This document shows positions 40,055-49,504 of a stretch of 64,000 nucleotides of DNA, piece by piece. The stretch spans positions 9,755 to 73,754 of the forward strand of contig CAVSUO010000007.1 in NCBI GenBank assembly GCA_963731255.1, written 5' to 3'. The first letter of the stretch is position 1. Each line of letters starts with the position of its first letter. The position numbers and the translations under genes are program-made. Under the pieces are notes generated by a model, which was not told where the DNA came from, ran no database searches, and saw only the letters and a program-made list of their open reading frames with translations. Source of the stretch: an uncultured Actinomycetes bacterium. GTDB lineage: Bacteria > Actinomycetota > Acidimicrobiia > Acidimicrobiales > AC-9.

Positions 40055-41247
40055 TTAGACCGGCGTGGCGGCTCCGTCCCCGAAGGCGGGGCCGTCGGGT
40101 GCGGCATGCACAGCTCGTCGTACTCGGCGATGACGATCTCGCCGGCATCGGGGCCACAGGCCGGGCAGGCCGGGTCCCGGTGCACGTTGAAGGTGCGGAA
40201 GCTCTCCTCCAGGGAGTCGTAGGCCATCAGCCGCCCGACCAGGGTGTCGCCCAGGCCGAGGATGAGCTTGACGGCCTCGAGGGCCTGGATGGAGCCGATG
40301 ATCCCGCACAGCACGCCCAACACCCCGGCCTCGGCGCAGGACGGGGCCAGCTCGGCGGGCGGCGGCTCGGGGATCATGCACCGGTAGCAGGGCCCGTTGT
40401 ACGGATCGAACACCGTGACCTGGCCCTCGAAGCGGAAGATCGAACCGTGCACGACCGGGATCCGCTTGACCAGCGAGGCGTCGTTCACCAGGTACCGGGT
40501 GGGGAAGTTGTCGGTGCCGTCGACGATCACGTCGTAGCCGTCGATGATGTCGAGGATGTTGTCGGCGCCGAGCCGCACGTCGTAGGTGACGACGTCGAGA
40601 TCGGGGTTCATGGCGGTCAGTGTCTTCTTGGCCGAGTCGACCTTGCGCTCGCCGACGCGGTCGAGGTTGTGCAGGACCTGACGCTGGAGGTTGGACGCGT
40701 CGACCTCGTCCATGTCGATGATGCCGAGGGTCCCCACCCCCGCGGCGGCCAGGTACAGGGCGGCCGGCGAGCCGAGGCCCCCCGCACCGAGGAGGAGGAC
40801 CTTGGCGTCCAGCAGACGCTGCTGTCCGGCCTCGCCGACCTCGGGCAGGAGGAGGTGGCGGTGATAGCGGTTGCGCTGCTCTGGCGTCAGCGTCCTGGGG
40901 GCGCGCCAGTCCCGGCCCTCGTCCTTCCAGCGGTTGAACCCGCCGGTCATGGAGGCGACGTCCGTGTAGCCCAGCTCGCCCAGCGTCTTCGCCGCGAACG
41001 CCGACCGGACGCCGCTGGCGCAGTACACGACGATCGGGCGATCGTGGTCGCTGACCCGGCCCTCGACCTGGGTCTCCAGGTTGCCTCGGGGGATGTGCAG
41101 GGCGTCGGGGACGGCGCCCTGCTCGTACTCCTCGGGCTCCCGTACGTCGAGGAACAGCGCCTCACCCCGGCGGCTGTCCGCCTCGGCCGCATCCACCTCG
41201 TGGATGGCCGACTTGGCCTGGGCGAGAAGCTCTCTGAAAGTGGGCAC
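40055..41247 (-). CDS. Rhodanese-ThiF/MoeB fusion adenylyltransferase/sulfurtransferase (MoeZ-like, permuted domain order)
   Basis: From GTG 41245-41247 (AGGAGC lies about 9 nt upstream). The rhodanese loop VVYCASGVRS comes first. The ThiF core follows, with LLLGAGGLGSPAALYL and the zinc cysteines CYRC and CPAC. The 3-prime end is uncertain: the reading frame has no stop before the mutase ATG, and the TAA at 40055 is in another frame. Confidence 0.7.
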
Positions 41248-41334
41248 GTCTATCACGCTCCTGCGAGCGGTTGATTCCGTACACGTAAACCCTACCCGCG
41301 GAGTCGACATTCCCGCCCGGTAGCGTCGCCGGGC

Positions 41335-41933
41335 GTGGAGCTCGACGAGGTCATCCGACGTCGGCGCATGGTCCGCAGCTTCGAGGACCGACCTGTCCCG
41401 CCAGAGGTCGTCGACACCATCCTGGCCCGCGCCATCCGGGCGCCCTCGGCCGGGTTCAGCCAGGGCTGGGCCTTCGTGGTGCTGGAGGGCCCGGACCAGA
41501 CGCGAGCTCTTCTGGCGCACGGTCGACCACGCCCGACTGGAGGGCAGGCACCCGCCGGGCCGGCCTGCTGCGGGCCCCGGTGGTCGTCCTACCACTCGCC
41601 CACCGGCAGGCCTACCTCGACCGCTACGCCGAGCCCGACAAGGCGGGCAGTGGGCTCGACCGGGGCGACGCCTGGCCGGTGCCCTACTGGCTGGTCGATA
41701 CGGGCTTCGCCGTCATGCTGATGCTGCTGAGCGCGGTGGACGCCGGGCTCGGGGCGGCGTTCCTCGGCATCTTCAGGGGCGAGGCCGAGCTGCTCGACAC
41801 CCTCGGGGTACCCGACGGGTACCGGCCCATCGGAGCCGTGGCCGTGGGCTACCCGGCCCCCGACGAACCGTCGCCGTCACTGGCACGCGGGCGCCGCCCG
41901 GTCTCGGACGTGGTGCATCGGGGCCGGTGGTGA
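41335..41933 (+). pseudogene. Nitroreductase-family flavoprotein, 1-2 frameshifts near 41500-41580
   Basis: The N-terminal part reads VIRRRRMVRSFEDRPVPPEVVDTILARAIRAPSAGFSQGWAFVV. The C-terminal part reads WPVPYWLVDTGFAVMLMLLSAVDAGLGAAFLG. Confidence 0.7.
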
Positions 41934-41936
41934 CGC

Positions 41937-42719
41937 CTACACGATGGCGGGCAACACCTCGCCGATGGGGTCGGTGAGCACGGCGTCGGCCACGTCGTCG
42001 TAGGGCGTCGGCTCTGCGTTGACGATGACGAGACGGGCCCCGGCCTGGCGCGCGAGCGGGGCCAGGCCGGCCGCCGGGAACACGGTGAGGGTCGATCCCA
42101 CGGCCAGTAGCAGGTCGCACGACGACGCTGCCCGTTCGGCCCGGGCCAGGTCCTCGGGCACCAGGCTCTGGCCGAAGCTGATCGTCGCCGACTTGAGGAT
42201 GCCGCCGCAGGTGGTGGTCCCGTCGGCAGCCAGACACGCCGGGTCCGGCTCCCCCGCCCGCACCCGCTCGAGCACCTCGGGCATCGGTCTGCGGTCGCCG
42301 CACGACATGCAGACCGACCAGTGGATCGTCCCGTGGATCTCGACGACACGCGCCGGGTCGTTGCCTGCCCGCTGGTGGAGTCCGTCGATGTTCTGGGTGA
42401 CGAGGGTGTCGAGCTTGCCTCGTCGCTCGAGGGCCACCAGGGCGCGGTGGCCGGCGTTCGGCTCGGCCTCCCACGCCGGAGAGCTGAGCCGGTCCTGCCA
42501 CGAGCGGCGGCGGACCTCCGGGTCCTCGAGGTAGTGCTGGATGGAGGCCCGACGCTCGGCCCCGGGGTTCTTGGTCCAGACGCCCTGGGGGCCACGAAAG
42601 TCGGGGATCCCGGAGTCGGTCGAGATCCCGGCGCCTGCGAGGACGACGATGCGGTTGGCGGCGTCTATCCACCCCCGGACGACATCGATCTGGTCTGTGG
42701 GCGGCACGGCCCCAAGCAT
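41937..42719 (-). CDS. cobB: NAD-dependent protein deacylase (Sir2 family)
   Basis: Intact 260-aa ORF with GAGISTDSGIPDFRG, TQNIDGLH and VEIHG, plus the zinc cysteines CMSCG and ...C...TTCGG. Confidence 0.9.
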   Translation of the reverse strand: MLGAVPPTDQIDVVRGWIDAANRIVVLAGAGISTDSGIPDFRGPQGVWTKNPGAERRASIQHYLEDPEVRRRSWQDRLSSPAWEAEPNAGHRALVALERRGKLDTLVTQNIDGLHQRAGNDPARVVEIHGTIHWSVCMSCGDRRPMPEVLERVRAGEPDPACLAADGTTTCGGILKSATISFGQSLVPEDLARAERAASSCDLLLAVGSTLTVFPAAGLAPLARQAGARLVIVNAEPTPYDDVADAVLTDPIGEVLPAIV

Positions 42720-42773
42720 CGCATCCCGAGATCGCCGTGCGTTCCCGTGCTCAGAGCCCTGTGAGCGCCGCGG

Positions 42774-44728
42774 CTACCAGCGGACGGTGGCGACGGTCAG
42801 CGGGTCGGACAGACCGCGCAGGGTGAGGGAACGCTCGTCGTCCACCGGGAAGCGGTCGCCCGCCGAGGCGAGCGCCGCCCGACTGGCGACGATCTCGCCG
42901 GCACCGGCAGCGGCGGCGATGCGCGCCGTCTCGTGCACACCCTTCCCGCCGTAGTCGCCGTGGCGCTCCGTCGCCTCGGTGGTGTGGAGGCCGATGCGAA
43001 CCTGCACGGCGAAGCCGTGTTCTCTCCGGTGGTCTGCGAGCCGTCGTTGGATGGCGCGCGCCGCTTCCACCGCTCCGGACGTGTCGTCGAAGGCGACGAA
43101 GAAGCCGTCTCCTTCGTGCTTGATCTCCACGCCCTCGAACTGCTCGAACACCGAGCGCAGGGTGCGGTCGTGCCACGTCAGCAGGGCGTCCCAGGCCTCG
43201 TCGCCCAGCGCCTCCACCAGCTTGGTCGACCCGACGATGTCGGTGAACATGAACGTCCGCACCGGACGTGGTCCCGATGCCCACGCCGAGAGGCGGGACG
43301 TCAGGTCGGCCGCCGCCCTGGCGGCCCCGATCCGCTCGAAGGCGGCCCGCGCCGACTCGAGCTCCATGATCCCGTCGTCGTGACGTCCGGCCGCTTCGTA
43401 GGCGCGAGCCAGCTCGACCTTGGCCTGCGCGGCCTCGTAGGGAGCGTCGAGCTCGGCCCACCCCGCGACGCACCGGCCGAGCTCGTGGATGGCCTCGTTC
43501 ACGCGTCCCTCGGCCAGCGCGACCTGTCCTCGCGCACCGGCGGCGCTAGCGGCCAGAGCCGAGGTGGTGCTGGCCTCGGCCAGCGTCGTCAGAGCCGACG
43601 CCGCCGCGCCGGCGACGTCGACGGCGCCGGCCGCCACGGCGATGGTCACCTGCGCGGGCAGGAGAAATGCGCGCTGCTCCTGGACGAAGCCGGACTCGTC
43701 CGCCAAGGCGTTCGAGACGGCCTGCAGGGCCGCGTCGGGCTGGCCCTGGTCGAGGCGTAGCAGGGCGAGGCCCGGCTGGGGATCGAAACCGAGCTCCGAC
43801 GCCCGGCGAAAGGCTGCCGCCGCCCCGGACAGATCGCCTCGCCGGCGGCGGACCTCCCCCAGCTCGTGGAAGGCCCAGGCGGCGAAGCGCGGTGCCGATC
43901 CCATGAGCTCGTCGGCAGCATCGACGGCGTCCCGCTCGGCCTCGTCCAGCGAGCCCCGCAGCCGCCGCACCTCGGCCCGGTGGAACCGGCAGAGGCCGGG
44001 GAAGCCGCTCACCGATTGCCGCTCGCACCAGCGCGACGCGGTGTCGGTCCACTCGCCGGCGCGCCGCCAGTCACCCAGGTTGCGGCAGGCGAAGATGGTC
44101 GAGCAGTAGATCGTGCCCGCCGCCATGAGCGTGAGCGACCCACTCGCGGCGAGGGCGTTGGCCTCGTCGATGAGGGCCATCCCCTCGGCCAACCGGCCCT
44201 CGACGATCAGGGCGTGGCCCTGGTCCAGGAGGCCCAGGCCCTCGAGGTCGGGTGCCCGCAGGCGCCGGCCGTGCTCGGCTACCCGCACGGCGAGGTCGCG
44301 GTGGGCGTCGACGTTGCCGCTCTCGGACATGGCCCGGCACATCATCCACTCCAGGAGGCCGTACTCGGCGCACTCGGTGTCGTCGCTGAGCAGCGTCGAG
44401 GCCCGAGCCAGCCAGCCGCTGGTGACGGCGGTGTCGCCTCGCTGGAAGTGCTCGCCGCGAGGGACAGCGCCAGGCGCGCCGCTCCCCGGTCGTCACCGGC
44501 CTCGCCGTACGCCGACCCCGTCCGCTCCAGCAGGTCGAGCAGGATCTCGAAGTGGCGCGACCACCGCGCCGACTCGGCGAGCAGTTCGAGATCGGAGGGA
44601 TCGAGCGCTGCGGACCGATCGGCAGACGACAGGTGCGCGTAGGCATCCGCCCAGCGGTGCTCGGCGTATGCCTTCCGCCCCGCGGCCAGGTCGTCGGTCA
44701 CATCGCCCTCCCGGCAGCAGTATGGCAT
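42774..44728 (-). pseudogene. TPR-like helical-repeat protein with C-terminal class III nucleotidyl cyclase domain, one frameshift near 44455
   Basis: The C-terminal domain reads RTFMFTDIVGSTKL...IKHEGDGFFVAF...RIGLHT...GKGVHETARI. About 450 aa of Ala/Leu-rich helical repeats lie upstream. Alternative start GTG 44701, after GGGAGGG. Confidence 0.75.
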
Positions 44729-46390
44729 TCAGGTGCCCGACGGGGCGACCGCCGAGACGACCGCGCTGGCCCACCGGTAGTCGGGTTTGCCCGCCGCTGA
44801 GCGCTCGACCTCGTGCACCAGGTACAGGGCCCGGGGCGCCTTGTACCCGGCCAGGTGGGCCCGGCAGTGCGCCTGGAGCTCCTCCAGAGTGGGGGCGCAC
44901 GTCGGGCGTGGGCTGCACGACGCACACGACGCGCTGGCCCCATCGGGGGTCGTCCGCGCCCACGACCACCGCGTCGGCCACGTGTGGGTGGGCCTTGATG
45001 ACCGCCTCCACCTCCTCGGGGTAGACCTTCTCGCCGCCGGTGTTGATGCACATCGAGCCTCGGCCCAGCAGGCGGATGGTGCCGTCGGCCTCCACCGTGG
45101 CCATGTCACCCGGGAGCGACCAACGGGCGCCGTCGATCTCGACGAAGGTCCGGGCCGTCCTGGCCGGGTCCTTGTGGTAGCCGATCGGCCCCCGTCCTCG
45201 CGTCGCCAGCCGTCCGATCTCCCCCGATCCCGGAGTGACGGGTCGCAGGTCGTCGTCCACCACGATGGTGACGTCGCGCGCCGCGAAGCTGAGCGACGAC
45301 GCCGGCGCACCTTGGTGGCGATGGCCGTCGCCTGCACGGGCGCCTCCGACGAGCCGACCGCCTCGCTGATGGCGAGGACGCTCGGCAGGGACGACAGGAG
45401 CCGGTCCTTGATGCCTGCCGTGAGGATGCTGCCGCCCGAGCCCAGCAGGCGCACCGAGGACGTGTCGTACGAACCGGGTCGGGCTTCGAGGAGCTCCACG
45501 AGCGGGCGCCCGCTGGTGTCCCCCACGATCGTCAGCATGGTCACACGCTCCGACTCGACCAGCTCGAGCACCCGGCTCATGTCCATGCTCCGGTGCGTGT
45601 AGAGCACGAGCTTGCCCCCGCCGAGCAGCGTGCTGAGCGCCGTCCACTGGCCACTGGCGTGGATGAGCGGACCGAGAGCCAGGGCCACGAACTCGTCGGG
45701 ACCAGGATCACCCGGCGGTAGGAACGGCGCGATCCGGTGCGACCGGTTGACGCGGGCGCGCTCGCCCACCTCCTCCGGGCGCTCGATGGGCGGCCCGCCA
45801 GGGTTCCCACCACCGAGCGTGACGAAGAGGATGTCCTCGTGCCGCCACACCACACCTTTGGGCAGACCGGTCGTCCCTCCGGTGTACAAGACGTAGTGGT
45901 CGTCCGCTGACCGCGGACCGAAGTCCCGCGTCGCCGACCCGGAGGCCAGCACGTCCTCGTAGCACAGCCCGTCGGTGTCGCCGGCATCGCTCCGATCGGC
46001 CACCGCGATGAGCACCCGGAGCGAACGCGGCCGGCTCGGAACCGAAGCCACCTGAGGCCCGAGCTCGCGGTGGTGGACGAGGGCCACGAGGTCGGCGTCG
46101 GAGAACAGGTGGGCGAGCTCGTCGCCGACGTAGCGGTAGTTGACGTTCACGGGTACGGCCCGCAGCTTGAAACAGGCCAGCATCGTCTCGACGAACTCGG
46201 CGCAGTTGTAGAGAAAGAGGCCGACGTGATCGCCCGGCCCTACCCCGAGGCCCGCCAGGCCGTGCGCCAGGCGCGTGCTCCGCTCGTCGAGCAAGGCGTA
46301 GCTGAGCCGGTGGTCCCCGGACACCAGGGCCTGGCGGTGGCCGACCGTGCCGGCCACGCGCTCGAACAGATCGGCCAGGTTGAACTCCAT
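44729..46390 (-). pseudogene. AMP-forming acyl-CoA synthetase (FadD-like), two frameshifts (about 45300 and about 44890)
   Basis: YVLYTGGTTGLPKGVVW (A3 motif), GEIG...GYHKDP, INTGGEKVYPEEVE, and the A10 lysine in ERSAAGKPDYRW. Confidence 0.85.
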
Positions 46391-46479
46391 CAGCGTCGAC
46401 CTTCCCTGGCCAGCAAGCGGCCGGAGTCGCCGGGCGCGAAGCTAGAGGCGCATTCTGGCAGGAAGGAGCGAGCCGGGTC

Positions 46480-47792
46480 ATGTCGATCCGCGACGCCACG
46501 GCGATGTTGGTGGGGGCCGACGGGCTGGTCCCCAAGGAGCGGTACGTCTCGCAGGAGTTCCTCGACCTCGAGATGGAGAAGCTGTGGCCGCGCGTGTGGC
46601 AGGTGGCCTGCCGGGAGGAGGAGCTCCCCGAGACGGGCGACTACCTCGAGTACACGATCGGCGACCAGTCCATCCTCGTCGTGCGCACGGACCCGGGGAC
46701 CATCAAGGGGTACTTCAACACGTGCCTGCACCGGGGCACCCGGCTGGCCGACGGACGAGGCAATTTTGGCGAAGGTCGAGATCCGATGCCGGTACCACGC
46801 CTGGCGCTATGCCCTCGACGGCCAGCTGACGGAGATCGTCGACCGCCACGAGTTCCCGGACGTGCCGTCGGACCTCGGCCTGCACGAGGTGCGGGCCGAA
46901 CGCTGGGGCGGCTTCGTGTTCGTGAACATGGACCGCGATGCCGAGCCCCTGATCGACTTCCTCGATCCCATTCCCAAGCTGCTCGGGCCCTTCCACCTCG
47001 ACCAGATGCGCTTCGCCGCGTATCGGACCACGATCCTGCCGGCCAACTGGAAGGTCGTCGTCGACGCCTTCAACGAGGGCTACCACGTGCAGGGCACCCA
47101 TCCCCAGCTGTTGGCCTGGACCGACGACGTGAACATGGAGTACGTCCAGTTCGACACGCACGCCCACTACGGCCGGCTCGCCCACGCCCGTCGTGAGCTT
47201 CGCCCCAGCCCCCGTCTCGGGCTCCGGGACGACGAGATCGACGAGGGTGAGATCCTCTCCTCGCTCGTCTCCGGCCTGGGCGGACTTGTTCTACCGAGAG
47301 GAGCGGGAGATCGTCGACGAGCTGCGGAGCTCACCCCTCCCGCCGGGAACGTCGCTGCTCGAGGCGTACCAGCAGCGTCGCATGGAGATGCTCCGGTCGC
47401 GCGGCCTCGACGTCTCCGGCCTCGACCTGGACCAGATGACGAGCGCCGACGACGTGTACTGGTTCCCGAACATGGTGGGCCCGACGTACCCCGGGACGGC
47501 CATCCTCTTCCGCGTCCGTCCCAACGGGCTCGATCCCGATTCCGCCATCAAGGACCTGTGGACCTTGCAGTGGCCCGGCCCGGACGAGCCCTGGAAGATG
47601 CCAGAGCGGAAGTTCTACCCCGACTGGACGGCAAAGGACTGGGGCCTCATCACCAACCAGGACTTCGCCAACATGGCCCACATCCAGGCGGGGATGAAGT
47701 CCCGCGCCTGCCACGGGCTCCGCCTCAACCCCCGCCAGGAGAGCAATCTCCTCCACATGCACCGCGTGATCGACCGATATCTGACGGCGTGA
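46480..47792 (+). pseudogene. Rieske [2Fe-2S] ring-hydroxylating oxygenase alpha subunit, two frameshifts (about 46750 and about 47280)
   Basis: Rieske ligands CLHRGTRL and CRYHAWRY are split by the first shift. The catalytic-domain block NWKVVVDAFNEGYHVQGTHP is present. Confidence 0.8.
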
Positions 47793-47880
47793 CGACCCGA
47801 GCTCACGCTCACCAACCGATCACCGCGCGCGGAGTGTCGTCGCCGGTGCCGCCTATGCCGGTCGCCGCCACTGGGCGCGG

Positions 47881-48525
47881 GTGGTCGGCGTGGCCGTGGT
47901 CGTGTTCGGGCTTACGGCGCTGTTCGAGACGCTCGTCGAGGCGTGGGCCCACAACTGGGCGGTCGGCTGGGTCGTGGCTCTCGACGTGGCCGCGTTCGCC
48001 ACCGACGTCCTCGGCGAGGTCTTCTTCGTCGGCCTGCTCGACCGGCTCGTTGGTGAAGCGGCCCACGGAGGTGCTGCCCAGAGCGTCCCCACCGTGGTAC
48101 GAACGCTGCCCTACCGTCCGCTCATTCTCGCCGACGTGCTGGTCGTCGCTCTCGTCCTCCTCGGACTGTTCGTGTTCTTCGTTCCCGGGGTCATCTTCTT
48201 CACCCTGCTGTGCCTGTCCGGCCCGATCGTCAACATCGAGGGAACGACCGCCGTCAGAGCTCTACGACGGTCTGCACAGCTCGTGCGCCGTCGATTCTGG
48301 TTGGCCTTCTTCCTGGTGAGCGTGCCGTTCTTCGTCGCCGATTGGGTCGCGTCCACCGTCCAGGAGGCCGCCCACGCTCTCCCGCTGGTGGCCGACTTCG
48401 GGGTCCACGCCGTGCTCGCCACGTCCATCGCCATCGTGACGGGCCTGGTCCAGGTCGAGCTCGCACACCGCTCCATCGAGGACGACATCGAGCGCCGAAC
48501 GGCGGCCGACGAGGAGCCCGGTTGA
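47881..48525 (+). CDS. Hypothetical membrane protein (4-6 TM segments)
   Basis: Intact 214-aa ORF with several hydrophobic stretches. I recognise no family. GTG is the only in-frame start. Confidence 0.5.
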   Translation: MVGVAVVVFGLTALFETLVEAWAHNWAVGWVVALDVAAFATDVLGEVFFVGLLDRLVGEAAHGGAAQSVPTVVRTLPYRPLILADVLVVALVLLGLFVFFVPGVIFFTLLCLSGPIVNIEGTTAVRALRRSAQLVRRRFWLAFFLVSVPFFVADWVASTVQEAAHALPLVADFGVHAVLATSIAIVTGLVQVELAHRSIEDDIERRTAADEEPG

Positions 48526-48725
48526 CGGACGCCGGGCCGCTGCGCCGATGGCGACAGCTCAGGCGTGCACGCGCGGTCGCCGCTCATGCCAGGGTCGGGC
48601 GCCCTCTACGCGGGGGCGCCCGAACGATCCGATGATGGCACCACTCTTGGGACGTTCGGGTCATAAGGGATCGCGTGACGCGTTCACCCCGGCGCGATCC
48701 GTCGGATCGCCGTACATTGAGGAGT

Positions 48726-49178
48726 ATGCAACCAGGATTCGATCACGTGACCATCGTGGTGACCGACCTCGACGTGGCACGGCGGTTCTTCGAGCTGCTC
48801 GGGTTCCATGAGACGCACAACGTCGTCGTGAGCGGCGACCAGATGTCGAAGTACATGGGCATCGCTGATTGGGAAGCCGACCACGTGACGCTCGCTCTGA
48901 GCGGCGCTGATTCTCACCAGGAGGTGCAGCTGCTTCGGTTCCACAACCCACCGGTCCAGGTCGACGCCGAGACGGGCAACCTGGCCCGAACGGGGTTCAA
49001 CCACGTGTGCTTCCGTGTCGATGACATCGACGCCATGATCGACAAGCTCCAGGCGGGCGGGATAGGGCTCCGCAATGAGGTCATGACGTTCCACGACAGG
49101 AAACTCGTCTTCCTGCGAGGCCCCGGCGGCGTCACGATCGAGCTCGCCCAATGGCTGGCCGAGCCAGCAGCGGGGTAA
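48726..49178 (+). CDS. VOC (glyoxalase/bleomycin-resistance/dioxygenase) family protein
   Basis: 150 aa from ATG 48726, preceded by GGAG. It starts FDHVTIVVTDLDVARRFFE, and the second beta-alpha-beta-beta-beta module contains FNHVCFRVDD. Confidence 0.8.
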   Translation: MQPGFDHVTIVVTDLDVARRFFELLGFHETHNVVVSGDQMSKYMGIADWEADHVTLALSGADSHQEVQLLRFHNPPVQVDAETGNLARTGFNHVCFRVDDIDAMIDKLQAGGIGLRNEVMTFHDRKLVFLRGPGGVTIELAQWLAEPAAG

Positions 49179-49217
49179 CCCTCTGATCGAGCGCGGCACC
49201 ATGAGCCTTGCGAACGG

Positions 49218-49475
49218 CTAGGGCCGCACGCGGTCGACCCGACCACGCGTAACGCTCACGCCCTCGGCGCGAAGCAGGCGGGCGTGGCGACGCTCGTGGC
49301 CGGGCACGAGTCGTCCCGTCGAGGTGACCACCCGCCACCACGGCAGGTCGTGATGGGCGTCGGTGCTGAGCAACCTCCCGACGGCTCGCGCTGACCCGGG
49401 AGCGCCGGCCTCGGCCGCCACCTCGCCGTACGTCACCACCTCGCCCGGACGGAGCCCTCCGATGACGGCCCGCAC
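49218..49475 (-). CDS. Alkyltransferase-like (ATL) MGMT-family DNA-binding protein, active-site Cys replaced by Trp
   Basis: GEVVTYGEVAAEAGAPGSARAVG...LPWWRVV. Ogt/Ada proteins carry PCHRV at this position. The N-terminus probably extends upstream (in-frame ...TPEVFAERV, CTG at 49506-49508). Confidence 0.7.
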   Translation of the reverse strand: MRAVIGGLRPGEVVTYGEVAAEAGAPGSARAVGRLLSTDAHHDLPWWRVVTSTGRLVPGHERRHARLLRAEGVSVTRGRVDRVRP

Positions 49476-49504
49476 CCGCTCGGCGAAGACCTCGGGCGTA
49501 CCGC

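Noticed and set aside
39637-41595. A 652-aa ORF suggesting a fusion of MoeZ with the mutase N-terminus and with upstream sequence.
   Set aside because: The upstream 115 aa are junk frame beyond a good Shine-Dalgarno/GTG start at 41247. The downstream part is the mutase N-terminus, which shares the frame only because of a frameshift near 39965. The missing stop between the two genes is recorded as an open point in the MoeZ finding.
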